Below the pieces are notes generated by a model that was not told the DNA's origin, searched no databases, and was given only the letters and a program-made list of their open reading frames with translations. From assembly GCA_963667175.2 (NCBI GenBank), contig CAXXXF010000007.1:64001-128000 (forward strand): DNA of 64,000 nucleotides, written 5' to 3'. Source of the stretch: Candidatus Latescibacterota bacterium. Its GTDB lineage: Bacteria; Latescibacterota; UBA2968; GCA-2709665. Shown piece by piece: positions 28,669-38,449 of this stretch; positions within the stretch are counted from its first letter, which is position 1; every line of letters starts with the position of its first letter. Made by a program: the position numbers and the translations under genes.

Positions 28669-29651
28669 CGTAGGGCCATCTTATTTAACCAATCACGCCA
28701 GGCGTCGGCGCTATCATCTCTTTTGGATAATCCGCTTCTTACTTTGGGTAAATCCGACAGCACTTTGTTTGCGGCGACGGGACTCTGCTCCTCGAGAGTT
28801 TTAGGTTCGGCCTCAATATCCTCACGGATTCCGAGGATAATGACGCGATGCCGAGTCTGAGGTATGCCGAATTTTTCCATATAGACCACATAATCAGATA
28901 GGTTCGAGTTACTGATTTCACCAGGTTTCACCAGCGAATATAATTTATACCGACATGGCTTGCGGACATTCTCAGGTATCTGAACCAGACGGTCCTCACG
29001 TTTTAGCGCTTCACCCGGTTCCTGCAGGTCTTCATGCATACGTTCAAATATGTACTGGTTATTTAAAGTAGCAGATAATAATCCCTTGACGTTCTCCATC
29101 ACAAAGATAGCTGGCTGATGCTCCGCGATGATTTGCAAATATTCTAGATACAAATATTGCCTGTGATCTTCTTCTGCATTATAGTTATCGTTGCCGCGAT
29201 TGCGAGATCTGCCCGCAATAGAGTATGCCTGGCAGGGAGGGCCACCGATTAAAACCCACTCACAGTCTTCGCCGATTGCATCCTGGATCCATTGGTATAT
29301 TGTATCAGGGTCATCTGTTCCCAGTTCAGTGAGACGTGCTTCCCGCTGAACTTGCTTCGCTTGTTCAGGGTATTGACTGAACAGCTTATTTCGCCGTTCA
29401 TCTTGTGGCACATCATCCTCTTGCAAATAAACATAGTAAGCATCAGGAACCTGGTCTTGCTGGAACTGGCGAAAAAAGCTACGTAACTGAAGTGTCTGAT
29501 GAGCAGTAGAGTCATTTTCTATAGAGAGTTTGATCCGAAATGGCTGCACATCGGAAATCTTGTAAGCAGAGAACCCCTCACCAAGTCCACCTGGCCCGGC
29601 AAATAGGTCAATAACAGGGATTGTGGCAATCTCTGGCGTCTGATTTTTCAT
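28669..29651 (-). pseudogene. dcm: 5' part of a C5-cytosine DNA methyltransferase, truncated by IS3
   Basis: Motifs I (DLFAGPGG), IV (GGPPCQ), VI (ENVKG) and VIII (PQTRHR) present; TRD and motifs IX-X missing. Confidence 0.88.
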
Positions 29652-29743
29652 TATGGCAGATCAGCGGATATTCTGTATATTCATACCTGTACAGAATAAG
29701 GGGGCAAGCGGATCGCTTGCCACCGCGCAAAGGGAGATACACC

Positions 29744-30052
29744 ATGCAGATTCCGAGCGTCGAAACCCGCGTTGCTTCTCTTGAGGCTGTTCAGGCGCAA
29801 ATCAACGAGCGATTGGGCAGCATCGAAAGCCGATTGACCAGCCTTGAGACGCGCTTCGACAACCGCTTGAGCGACGTGGACAACCGCTTGAACAACATGG
29901 ACAACCGCTTCACCGGTATGGAAAATCGCTTCACCAGTATGGAAAATCGACAAGCCAGCAATTTCAGGTGGATTGTCGGTTTGCTGATCACGGTTCTGCT
30001 AGCCAACGTCGGCACGGCAATTTCAGTCGTCATCGCCGTGTCAAGCAAATAG
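29744..30052 (+). CDS. Small coiled-coil protein with C-terminal TM anchor (DUF1640/XhlA-like)
   Basis: GGGAGA RBS; heptads RLSDVDN/RLNNMDN/RFTGMEN/RFTSMEN; FRWIVGLLITV anchor. Confidence 0.75.
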   Translation: MQIPSVETRVASLEAVQAQINERLGSIESRLTSLETRFDNRLSDVDNRLNNMDNRFTGMENRFTSMENRQASNFRWIVGLLITVLLANVGTAISVVIAVSSK

Positions 30053-30118
30053 ACACCTGCCTTCAGCGCGGGCAGAAAAAGGCGCCTCCCGAACGTCACC
30101 CCAATTGAGACATGCGCA

Positions 30119-31381
30119 CTACAACCCGTAGTGTGCGTTGATCGGCTTCTGGTAGCCGTCCACCTCTCCGGTCAACATCTCGTCCAGCGTCACTTCTCGG
30201 CCCAGCATCCCCGACTCCAGGACGGCGTAGCTCAGCGCCAGGTCGATCGTCCCCTCCTCCCCGGACATCCGCGCCGGCAATCCGTCGCGTATCGCACGCA
30301 GCCAGTCCAGGTTCTCCAGCGCGAACGCATCCGTGATCCCCACGGGCATCGTTTCTTCCCGGTCCCGTTCCGGGGCCTCCCGCCCGAATCGCTCCAGAAC
30401 GTCTTCCGCCTCACCATCCCCGCTGAACACCTTTCCGTCGGACAACGCCCCCTCGCTCCCGAATACGTTCGTTCCTCCCGGCACCCCGATCTGCGTTCCC
30501 CTCGCACTTCTGGCCACCGCCATGTGCCCGATGGCGCCGTTCCCGAGCCTGAAATTCGTGAAGAAAACGTCGTCCACCTGGTTCTTCACCTCGTCCGAGA
30601 CCCTGCGGTCGTCGTCCGACATCAACACCCTGACAGGCTCGAGAATCCGCCACAGGGCCTGCACCGAACGCACCGGCCCGCAGATCGTCCGGACCCCGTT
30701 GAAGAGATGCACCCCCAGATCGATGGACACCCCGCCGCCCGCACCCAGTTTTGACTGTCGCCACGGCGTGCGCGCGGCAACCAGGTCCGGGCGGTGAGAA
30801 CGGAACCCGATCGCGCCGCGGTAGACCATCTGCACGTCGCCGATCAGGCCCCGTCTTACGGCCCAGCGGTTCGCCCGTACCGCCGGGGTGAAATTCACGT
30901 TTTCCGCAACGCTCAACACCGTGTCCGTTTCGGATGCGACTTCACACATCCGTTGCGCAGCCCTTACCGAAATCGCCATCGGCTTTTCCACGATGACGTG
31001 CTTTCCGGCGCGCATGGCATCGATGGCGATGGTGTGATGGTTGTCGTGTCCCGTCAGGACGCACACCGCGTCGACCTCCCCGCGTTCCAGCATCTCGCGA
31101 TAGTCGGTGTAAATCGCCGTTTCCCAGCCGGGATGCAGGTCGCTGATGTAGGCGTGGGGGGCGTTCAGGGGGTCGCCCGGGGCTTCCACGGGCGCCGGTC
31201 TGGGTCCCGGTCCTTCGCCCCGCGTTCGAAATCGGAGGGCGTCCTCCGTTCTCCTCGCGCAAAGCGCCGTGACCCGGAAGAGATCCCCAAATCCCCTTTC
31301 CTGCAGGATTCGGAACCCGCGCAGGTGCGCGTTCAGGATCCGCCCGCAACCCACAATGCCAATTCGAACCGAAGACGACAT
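30119..31381 (-). CDS. Gfo/Idh/MocA oxidoreductase
   Basis: IGIVGCG, VEKPMA and DLGVH motifs. Confidence 0.88.
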   Translation of the reverse strand: MSSSVRIGIVGCGRILNAHLRGFRILQERGFGDLFRVTALCARRTEDALRFRTRGEGPGPRPAPVEAPGDPLNAPHAYISDLHPGWETAIYTDYREMLERGEVDAVCVLTGHDNHHTIAIDAMRAGKHVIVEKPMAISVRAAQRMCEVASETDTVLSVAENVNFTPAVRANRWAVRRGLIGDVQMVYRGAIGFRSHRPDLVAARTPWRQSKLGAGGGVSIDLGVHLFNGVRTICGPVRSVQALWRILEPVRVLMSDDDRRVSDEVKNQVDDVFFTNFRLGNGAIGHMAVARSARGTQIGVPGGTNVFGSEGALSDGKVFSGDGEAEDVLERFGREAPERDREETMPVGITDAFALENLDWLRAIRDGLPARMSGEEGTIDLALSYAVLESGMLGREVTLDEMLTGEVDGYQKPINAHYGL

Positions 31382-31394
31382 TTGCGATCTCCAG

Positions 31395-32375
31395 CTAAAT
31401 CCAGCCCGGCGTACCGATCGTATCCGCGATGGGGATCGCCCGTTCGAGCTCCGCATCGGTCAGGGGCGGCATTTCTACGGTACGGGCGTTCTCCTCCACC
31501 TGCCGGCGGTTCCTGGCCCCGGCGATCACGCACGACGCGCCCGGGTGGTCCAGTACGAAACGCAGCGCCGCCTGGGGCATGGTTCGCGACTGGTTCCGCA
31601 GGAACAGCAACTGCGGAAGACGTTTCAGGCCGTCGAGTGTTTCGGGTTTGTTGAATCGTTCGTACCGCACGTCGTTTTCAGGGACAGCGCGCGCCTTCGG
31701 GCCGAAATACTTGCCGGTCAACTGTCCCTTCGCGAGAGGCACGCGAATCAGCGTGCCGATTTCCTCGGCCTTCGCCCAGTGCAGCAACCCGTCCGCCGTA
31801 CGCTCCAGAAGATTATAGCCGATCTGTAACATATGTATGGGTCCCAGCAATCGGAGTTTGTCGATGGCGCTCCGGTCGTTGGTCGAAATGCCGTACCACC
31901 GCACCTTGCCAGCCTGCCGGAGCTTCGCCAGCGCGTCCATGACCGCCGGCATCGCCCATTCGTAAGGAACGGCGTGCAACTGGTATATGTCGATATGGTC
32001 CATCGCCAATCGTCTGAGGCTGAACTCACACGATTCCTTAATCCGACGCCGGACCGCGGACACATCCTTTGCTTCGGGATCGATGCCCTCGTTCGGCTGG
32101 ACCTTGGTGGCCACAATCCATTTGTCTCTCCGTCCGCGTAGCGCCTTGCCCGTGAGCACCTCGCTGTGCCCTTCGCCGTAGCTCTCCGCGGAGTCGATCA
32201 GGTTGACGCCGAGTTCTTCGCAGCGATGAATCAGTACGATGGACTCCGCATCGTCCGTACCCGTCCACCCGAACGCCGTACCGTCGGCCCGGGCCTGCAT
32301 GCCCGAAATCGGAAACGCGCCGAGTCCGATCTCCGAAACCATCAGTCCGGTCTGTCCCAACAAGCGGTATCTCAT
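31395..32375 (-). CDS. Aldo/keto reductase
   Basis: VSEIGLG, IDSAESYG, ATK, SLRRL-MDHIDIYQLH and PLAKG motifs. Confidence 0.92.
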   Translation of the reverse strand: MRYRLLGQTGLMVSEIGLGAFPISGMQARADGTAFGWTGTDDAESIVLIHRCEELGVNLIDSAESYGEGHSEVLTGKALRGRRDKWIVATKVQPNEGIDPEAKDVSAVRRRIKESCEFSLRRLAMDHIDIYQLHAVPYEWAMPAVMDALAKLRQAGKVRWYGISTNDRSAIDKLRLLGPIHMLQIGYNLLERTADGLLHWAKAEEIGTLIRVPLAKGQLTGKYFGPKARAVPENDVRYERFNKPETLDGLKRLPQLLFLRNQSRTMPQAALRFVLDHPGASCVIAGARNRRQVEENARTVEMPPLTDAELERAIPIADTIGTPGWI

Positions 32376-33934
32376 CAGGCAAACTCCTCCAGGACCGCCC
32401 TCGTTTCACCGCCGGGCGGGATTGAGACGTCCTGCCACGCCGCTCCAGTCTCCCGCCACGACATTGCCGTATCCTCGTCACCGCCGTTGTAGATCCGGAC
32501 GTTTCCCGTCGACGGGCCTGCCGGAACGACCAGGGAAACCACCTGCTCCGGCAATCCGGGTTCCCCGTCAGACCGACGGAATTCCACCGCGGGCGTCAAC
32601 GCGCCCAGGCGTTCCGCGGCGCCAAGCAACAGGGGCCCGTAACACCCGGTCACCGCTCCGGTACCCCAGTTTCTTCCATGACCGGCCGCCACGGAGCACA
32701 CCGCTCCGCCCATGTCCGCGTGCTCCCGTCCGCCCCGCAACACGTGCCGCGCCACCTTCAACTTTCGCGCCGCCTGCCTTAACGCCCGCGACGCGAATGA
32801 AACGTCGCCGGTAATCTGATAGGCCAATGTCAGCGCGGCAGTACACGGCTCGCGCGTTGGCTCCAGCCGGCCCATGCCATCCGCCTGCACGCCCCAGTGC
32901 AGCATGTCCGCCCGCTTCCCGACGCCGGGAAAGGCCATCCTCGGAATCTCGGGCACCATCAGCACGAGTTCGCCGGCTTCCTCTCCGGGAAACCGCCCGA
33001 CCACTTCCCGGATCCGGCCATCCAAGGTGTCGTCGCCGAATGCGCCGCGGAAGAAGGAAATCGCGGCGGCGCCGGGATCGCAATAGGGGTCGTGAAGCAT
33101 GTCGACGAGCGGCTCGACGACCCGAAACGCCGCTTCGCGAAAGACCTGCTCGCCGGATTGTCGAAACAGATCGCCCAGCGCGTTGACCGCGCCGGAAGCC
33201 AGCAGCACCTCCACGCCCCTGGCCGGATCGCCCGGCATATGGTGGCTCGCGCCGCTCATCCGACGCCGCGATCCGGTGTGCCCGTCGACGCCAAGCGGTT
33301 GGCCGTCCGGACCCCACATCAATGGCAACGGGCCTTCGGGCGCGGCCACGATCATCTCCGCCCGGCGCCGGCCGTACCGCAACGCCCAATCCAGATAACG
33401 CTCCTGATTCGACACGCGGTACGCGGCCAGGGCGATGTGAATGAACCGGAAGTGCTCCGCCAGTTCCACCGCATGCTCCGGATCCCGCCCCACGGTCCGT
33501 GTTCCGATGTGGTACCCGTAGAACCGGTTGCCGTCCCAGTCGAACCAGGCCGGAACCCCCTCCACCCAGTTCCCGATGTGTTCAGCCGCATCGGAAAGCA
33601 GTCCCGCCGCCACCGGGTCCCCGGGAAACAGACCCAGATAGCGCGGGAGAAAGAGCAGAAACGGTTCGGTGCCGTGGTGCGCCTCGGCCTCTGGCTCGTA
33701 TCCGTGCAGGCATTCCCGCCGGACCCAGCCCGCAAGCTGGTCCAGAAGCGTATCGAAATGTTCCGCCACGGCCGGACTGCCCGTCGCCAGAACGTGCGGA
33801 AACCAGGCGAGCGCATAATTGGCTTCGTCCTCGCCGCCGCGATTCCGCCCGGGCGGATCCATGCGGCGGCTCTGCGCCAACCAGGCATCCATCTCCTTCC
33901 GAAGGGCGGCAAAATGAAAGAAACAGGCCTTCAT
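32375..33934 (-). CDS. Hypothetical protein, possibly an (alpha/alpha)6-toroid carbohydrate enzyme
   Basis: Long ORF translationally coupled to the AKR; EAHHGTE, GGEDE and GREH motifs; AY-xxx-ERYLDWA helical pattern. Confidence 0.7.
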   Translation of the reverse strand: MKACFFHFAALRKEMDAWLAQSRRMDPPGRNRGGEDEANYALAWFPHVLATGSPAVAEHFDTLLDQLAGWVRRECLHGYEPEAEAHHGTEPFLLFLPRYLGLFPGDPVAAGLLSDAAEHIGNWVEGVPAWFDWDGNRFYGYHIGTRTVGRDPEHAVELAEHFRFIHIALAAYRVSNQERYLDWALRYGRRRAEMIVAAPEGPLPLMWGPDGQPLGVDGHTGSRRRMSGASHHMPGDPARGVEVLLASGAVNALGDLFRQSGEQVFREAAFRVVEPLVDMLHDPYCDPGAAAISFFRGAFGDDTLDGRIREVVGRFPGEEAGELVLMVPEIPRMAFPGVGKRADMLHWGVQADGMGRLEPTREPCTAALTLAYQITGDVSFASRALRQAARKLKVARHVLRGGREHADMGGAVCSVAAGHGRNWGTGAVTGCYGPLLLGAAERLGALTPAVEFRRSDGEPGLPEQVVSLVVPAGPSTGNVRIYNGGDEDTAMSWRETGAAWQDVSIPPGGETRAVLEEFA

Positions 33935-34071
33935 AAGAGGCCTGCGAGGACGTTTTCAGGAGCAGCGTCGCCTTCCGCGGGCAAGTGAGGATACCCGCCG
34001 CGTCGGCCGCGCGCCGGACCTGCGGCAGGGTGGTTGGGATGTTCCGCGGTCATCCGTCCAAATGTCCTCTG

Positions 34072-35439
34072 TCAGGAGATGCGTTTGAGACCCGAATCGA
34101 ACGCCGACACAATCCGGTCCGCTTCACTCCGGGTCAGGATCAGGGGCGGCGCCAGGAAGAAAATACTCTCCGGGCCTTGCGTCACGTGGCTCATGCGGCC
34201 CACGATCACGCCCTGTTCAAGAATGCCGGCCTGCACCGCCGCGACACGGTCCGGGTCCAGCATGTCTCCATTATCCGCTGCCAGTTCGACGGCGATCATC
34301 AGTCCCTTGCCTCGCACTTCGCCGATGAACGGAGAATCCAGTCGTTCCAGCGCATCCAGAAGGGTTGCGCCAACTTCCGCCGAATTCTCCCAGAGTCGTT
34401 CGGCGGTCAGAATGTCCAGATTCGCCAGGGCCGCCGCACAGCAGACCGGATGCCCGCCATAGGTGGATACCGAGGAGAATTCCCGATGCTCATCCGGTTC
34501 GCCCATGAAGGTTTCAAACACCTCCGGCGTCACCGCACAGGCGCCGAGGGGCAGATATCCACTGGACACCCCTTTCGCCAACGTCATCATGTCCGGAACC
34601 ACACCCCAATGCTCGGAGGCAAACAGCCTGCCGGTCCGGCCGAATCCCGTAATCACTTCGTCGAGGATCAGCAGCACGCCGTATCGGTCGCAGATTTCAC
34701 GAAGGCGCGGCAGGTACCGGTCCGGCGGGACGATCACACCGCCGCCGCCGATGATCGGCTCGGCAATGACCGCCGCAACCGTTGTGGGGTCCTCACGGAC
34801 AATGACCTCTTCAACCTCGTTCGCACACGCCACACCGCCGTCGGGATAGGTCAGTTTGGTCCCGAAGCGGAAGGACCAGGGCGGATTCACGTGCAAAAAG
34901 CCGGGCATCAGCGGCTCGAAACTGGCCCGTCTGGCAACCTGCCCGGTTGCGGACATCGCGCCAAAGGTGAACCCGTGGTAACCCTGGTATCTCGCAATCA
35001 CCTTGAACCGGTTCTCGCCGGGGTATTTCTGCCGGCCATACTGCCTGGCAATCTTCAGTGCGGTCTCGTTCGCTTCGGAGCCGCTGTTGGAAAAGAAGAG
35101 ATGGTTCAGATCACCGGGCAGCAGATCTGCCAGCCTGGATGCCAGCTTCGCCGCGGGCAGATTGACGTGCAGATGGGGATAATACGAAAGCTGCAGCATC
35201 TGTTCGTACACGGCTTTCGCAATCTCCCGGCGGCCGTATCCGACGTTGACGTTCCAGAGTCCCGAATAAGCATCCAGGAACTCCCGGCCCTCCGCGTCCA
35301 CGACCCTGGTTCCCTTTCCCTTGTGGACCACCATCAGGTCCCGGTGCTCCAGAGTCCGATGCTGCATCATCGGATGCCACACGTGCGCGCGGTCCTGCGC
35401 CCGAATCTCTCCAACGTCCAGTTGACGTTCGTCCGCCAT
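34072..35439 (-). CDS. Class III (omega-amine) PLP aminotransferase
   Basis: GLWNVNVGYGR, SGSEANE, YHG, DEVITGFGRTG, AKG and TYGGHP motifs. Confidence 0.93.
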   Translation of the reverse strand: MADERQLDVGEIRAQDRAHVWHPMMQHRTLEHRDLMVVHKGKGTRVVDAEGREFLDAYSGLWNVNVGYGRREIAKAVYEQMLQLSYYPHLHVNLPAAKLASRLADLLPGDLNHLFFSNSGSEANETALKIARQYGRQKYPGENRFKVIARYQGYHGFTFGAMSATGQVARRASFEPLMPGFLHVNPPWSFRFGTKLTYPDGGVACANEVEEVIVREDPTTVAAVIAEPIIGGGGVIVPPDRYLPRLREICDRYGVLLILDEVITGFGRTGRLFASEHWGVVPDMMTLAKGVSSGYLPLGACAVTPEVFETFMGEPDEHREFSSVSTYGGHPVCCAAALANLDILTAERLWENSAEVGATLLDALERLDSPFIGEVRGKGLMIAVELAADNGDMLDPDRVAAVQAGILEQGVIVGRMSHVTQGPESIFFLAPPLILTRSEADRIVSAFDSGLKRIS

Positions 35440-35524
35440 CGGCTTCTCCCGGTCTCATTGACAACATTCGGCTTGACTCCACCCGGTGTGAGATCTACTT
35501 TTCAGCGGTTCGTTCAGAAGCACC

Positions 35525-35553
35525 ATCATACGGCATTCAACGGCTGAAGTCAA
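35525..35553 (-). promoter_or_regulatory. sigma70-type promoter of the aminotransferase
   Basis: TTGACT-17 nt-TATGAT. Confidence 0.6.
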
Positions 35554-35690
35554 GGTCAACCCCGCTTCAAAAGACCCGCGTAAACCTATCGATTCGACCG
35601 CTTCACGGCGCGGGATTGAATCCCGTCGCGAGCGCCCCGCGGTCGACGTCCCGCGGCGATGCCCAGAACGACCGCAGTCCCGGAAACCCC

Positions 35691-36995
35691 ATGGCCACAC
35701 CCGAACACCATACCGTTGTCATCGTGGGCGGCGGCCCTGCCGGGCTGCCGTTGGCCGTCGTACTCGGCGGATGGCATCCGTTCTATCGCGGCGGGGACCT
35801 CTTCCGCAATCGATACGAGCAGGTCGACGGCGCCCTTCGCGGCGAAAGCGGCACACTGCTCGGCCTCGATTTCAGAACCGTGGTGAACGCCGGAATCCGG
35901 CCCGTGGACCTGTTCCGCCTGCTGCACCATCCCGGATTGAAGTTCCGCGGAGAACAGGAGATCGCCCTGCAGTTCCGCCGTCGCGAGCCCGTCGACGTCC
36001 TGCTCATCACCGGGGAAGAGGTCGGCGGCGTGTGGAACAACGTGCCGGAAAACATGCTCACGCTGTCACCCGGACAGTGGATGGAATTCGCCTTCTATCC
36101 TCTCGACCAGCACTGTCGCGAACGAAAGATCAATCTCGACGTCAACGCGCTGATCGCCAAACGTCACCTCCTCGACTACTATCACGCGGTCCCCGGCCGT
36201 TTCGAAGTCACCGACCACGTACGCACGAACGAGCGCGTGACGCGCATCCAACCCCACGACGCCGGTTTTCTGCTTACATCCAGCGCCGTCGGTTCGGAAA
36301 TCCCACGTCGATACACCTGCAAGTACCTCGTCTACGCGGTGGGGCAGCGCTGCATTCTGCGCGAACTCGGCGTACCGGGCGAACACCTCCCTTTCGTGAC
36401 TTCCGGCTACGATCAACCCGAACGCTATCCGGGGGACCGCATTCTTGTCGTGGGAGGCGGCCGATCCGCGGATTGGGCGGCGACCGAACTGCACGACGCC
36501 GGCAAACAGATCCACTACGTGATGCGACAGCCCTTCGACCGTCACTGGCGGCTCATATCGGACAGCCGTTATGGCCTGCCCTACTACGCGCGCATCGCCG
36601 ATATCATGGAAAGCCGGTCTCCCCGGCTGAATACTCATTACGAGACCCGGGTTCTCGGTTTCGAGCAGGCGGATTCCAGCGGCATTGCCACGCTTGGCCG
36701 CAACGGCGCCCGCGAATCGCTGGAAATCGACCACGCCATCCTGGAGATCGGCGGCATCGCGGATTACTCGCTTTTCGAAGGGTTCCCACCCCTTCGTCCG
36801 GTGGACAAATACGATAATTACCGCTTCCAGGTCCACCAACTGCCCACGCATCCCCACAACTACGAGTCCACGACAATACCCAACATGTACCCCGGCGGAT
36901 ACCTGGCCGAGGGCCTGGGCCTCGTGGTGATCGGTATGCACGGCACGACCTACGCCATCGCGGGAGACATCCTGCAGAGAGAAGGACGGTTGTAG
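35691..36995 (+). CDS. FAD/NAD(P)-dependent oxidoreductase, OSGIN1/OKL38-like
   Basis: Two Rossmann motifs (VIVGGGPAG, LVVGGGRSA); LGVPGE-LP-V and GGVW...MLTLSPGQWM. Confidence 0.85.
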   Translation: MATPEHHTVVIVGGGPAGLPLAVVLGGWHPFYRGGDLFRNRYEQVDGALRGESGTLLGLDFRTVVNAGIRPVDLFRLLHHPGLKFRGEQEIALQFRRREPVDVLLITGEEVGGVWNNVPENMLTLSPGQWMEFAFYPLDQHCRERKINLDVNALIAKRHLLDYYHAVPGRFEVTDHVRTNERVTRIQPHDAGFLLTSSAVGSEIPRRYTCKYLVYAVGQRCILRELGVPGEHLPFVTSGYDQPERYPGDRILVVGGGRSADWAATELHDAGKQIHYVMRQPFDRHWRLISDSRYGLPYYARIADIMESRSPRLNTHYETRVLGFEQADSSGIATLGRNGARESLEIDHAILEIGGIADYSLFEGFPPLRPVDKYDNYRFQVHQLPTHPHNYESTTIPNMYPGGYLAEGLGLVVIGMHGTTYAIAGDILQREGRL

Positions 36996-37155
36996 TCCAC
37001 TTCCGGACCGGACCGATCGAAGGCGGGACCGGCCCGGCGTCGATCCCCGGCCACGCCTGAAAATATCCGTGGACATTTCACCGTACAACCCTTATTAAAG
37101 AGGGCCGGACAGCGGATCAGACGTCCTGTCCATCTTGATCGCCCGGGAGTCTTTC

Positions 37156-38355
37156 GTGCCCGTCACCATCCGCAACGTCAGAACCATCCTCACCCAGCCT
37201 GCGGGATCGCGCCTGATCGTGGTCAAAGTCCTGACGTCCGAGCCGGGCCTGTACGGCCTCGGATGCGCCACGTTCACCCAGCGTTTCCACGCCGTCCACA
37301 CCGCCCTCGAGAAACACCTGAAACCCTTTCTCATCGGCCGGGACGTAGACCGTATCGAAGACATCTGGCAGATGAATATGGTCAATGGGTACTGGCGCAA
37401 CGGACCCGTACTCAACAACGCGATTTCAGGCGTCGACATCGCCCTGTGGGACATCAAGGGCAAACGCGCCGGCATGCCCGTGTACCAGCTCCTGGGCGGC
37501 AAATGCCGCGAAGCCGCGGCCTGTTACGCGCACGCCGACGGCCTCGACAAGGAGGAAGTCCTGACCAACGTCCTGAAATTCCAGGAACAGGGCTACCAGC
37601 ACATCCGCGTTCAGATGGGGGGTTACGGCGGCAGGACGTCCCGCCTCCGCGGTCCGGATGGCTCGCCGGACGGCGCGTATTATGACCCTCGGGAATACGC
37701 TCGCGGGGTCCTAGACATGATCGGACACGTCCGTGCGAACACCGCCGCGCACCTCGAACTCCTCCACGACGTTCACGAACGCCTCGCGCCGATCGACGCG
37801 GTCCAGTTCGCGAAAGACGCGGAGCCCTTCAAGCTGTTCTTCCTGGAGGACCCGCTGGCGCCGGAAGACCTCGAGTGGTTCCGCAACATCCGCCGGCAAT
37901 GCGCCACGCCCATCGCCATGGGGGAGCTTTTCAACCACCCGCGGGAGTGGACTCCGCTCGTGCAGGACCGGCTGATCGACTTCGTCCGGATGCACATCAG
38001 CCAGATGGGCGGCCTGACGCCCGCCCGAAACGTCGCAATTCTTGCGAACATGTACGGCATTCGCACCGCGTGGCACGGTCCGGGCGACGTTTCGCCGGTC
38101 GGCCACGCCGCGAATCTGCACCTGGATCTATGGGCGCCCAACTTCGGCATCCAGGAGTGGTGCCGATTTGACGAACGCGTGTCCGAAATCTTCCCCGGAA
38201 CCCCCGAAGTCAGAGGCGGCTACATGTACCCCAACGACCGGCCGGGCCTCGGAATTGACGTCGACGAAGAACTCGCCGCCGGTTACCCCTGCCGAGACGA
38301 GATCATCGACTGGACGCAGGCCCGCCTGCCCGACGGCTCGCCCGCCAGGCCCTGA
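37156..38355 (+). CDS. Enolase-superfamily acid-sugar dehydratase (ManD/RspA-like)
   Basis: YWRNGPVLNNAISGVDIALWDIKGK, LLHDVHER, FLED, MGE and AWHGPGD motifs. Confidence 0.92.
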   Translation: MPVTIRNVRTILTQPAGSRLIVVKVLTSEPGLYGLGCATFTQRFHAVHTALEKHLKPFLIGRDVDRIEDIWQMNMVNGYWRNGPVLNNAISGVDIALWDIKGKRAGMPVYQLLGGKCREAAACYAHADGLDKEEVLTNVLKFQEQGYQHIRVQMGGYGGRTSRLRGPDGSPDGAYYDPREYARGVLDMIGHVRANTAAHLELLHDVHERLAPIDAVQFAKDAEPFKLFFLEDPLAPEDLEWFRNIRRQCATPIAMGELFNHPREWTPLVQDRLIDFVRMHISQMGGLTPARNVAILANMYGIRTAWHGPGDVSPVGHAANLHLDLWAPNFGIQEWCRFDERVSEIFPGTPEVRGGYMYPNDRPGLGIDVDEELAAGYPCRDEIIDWTQARLPDGSPARP

Positions 38356-38449
38356 GCGACATGCGGTTCTGTCCATCCATGCCAGGTATATATACGTACC
38401 ACTGCATCAAGCCAAATCCACGAGGTAAACCCAACCAGGGAGGAACCGA

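Noticed and set aside
27045-28670. CG dinucleotide on both IS flanks as a target-site duplication
   Set aside because: Shorter than usual for IS3, and the flanks belong to two different genes.
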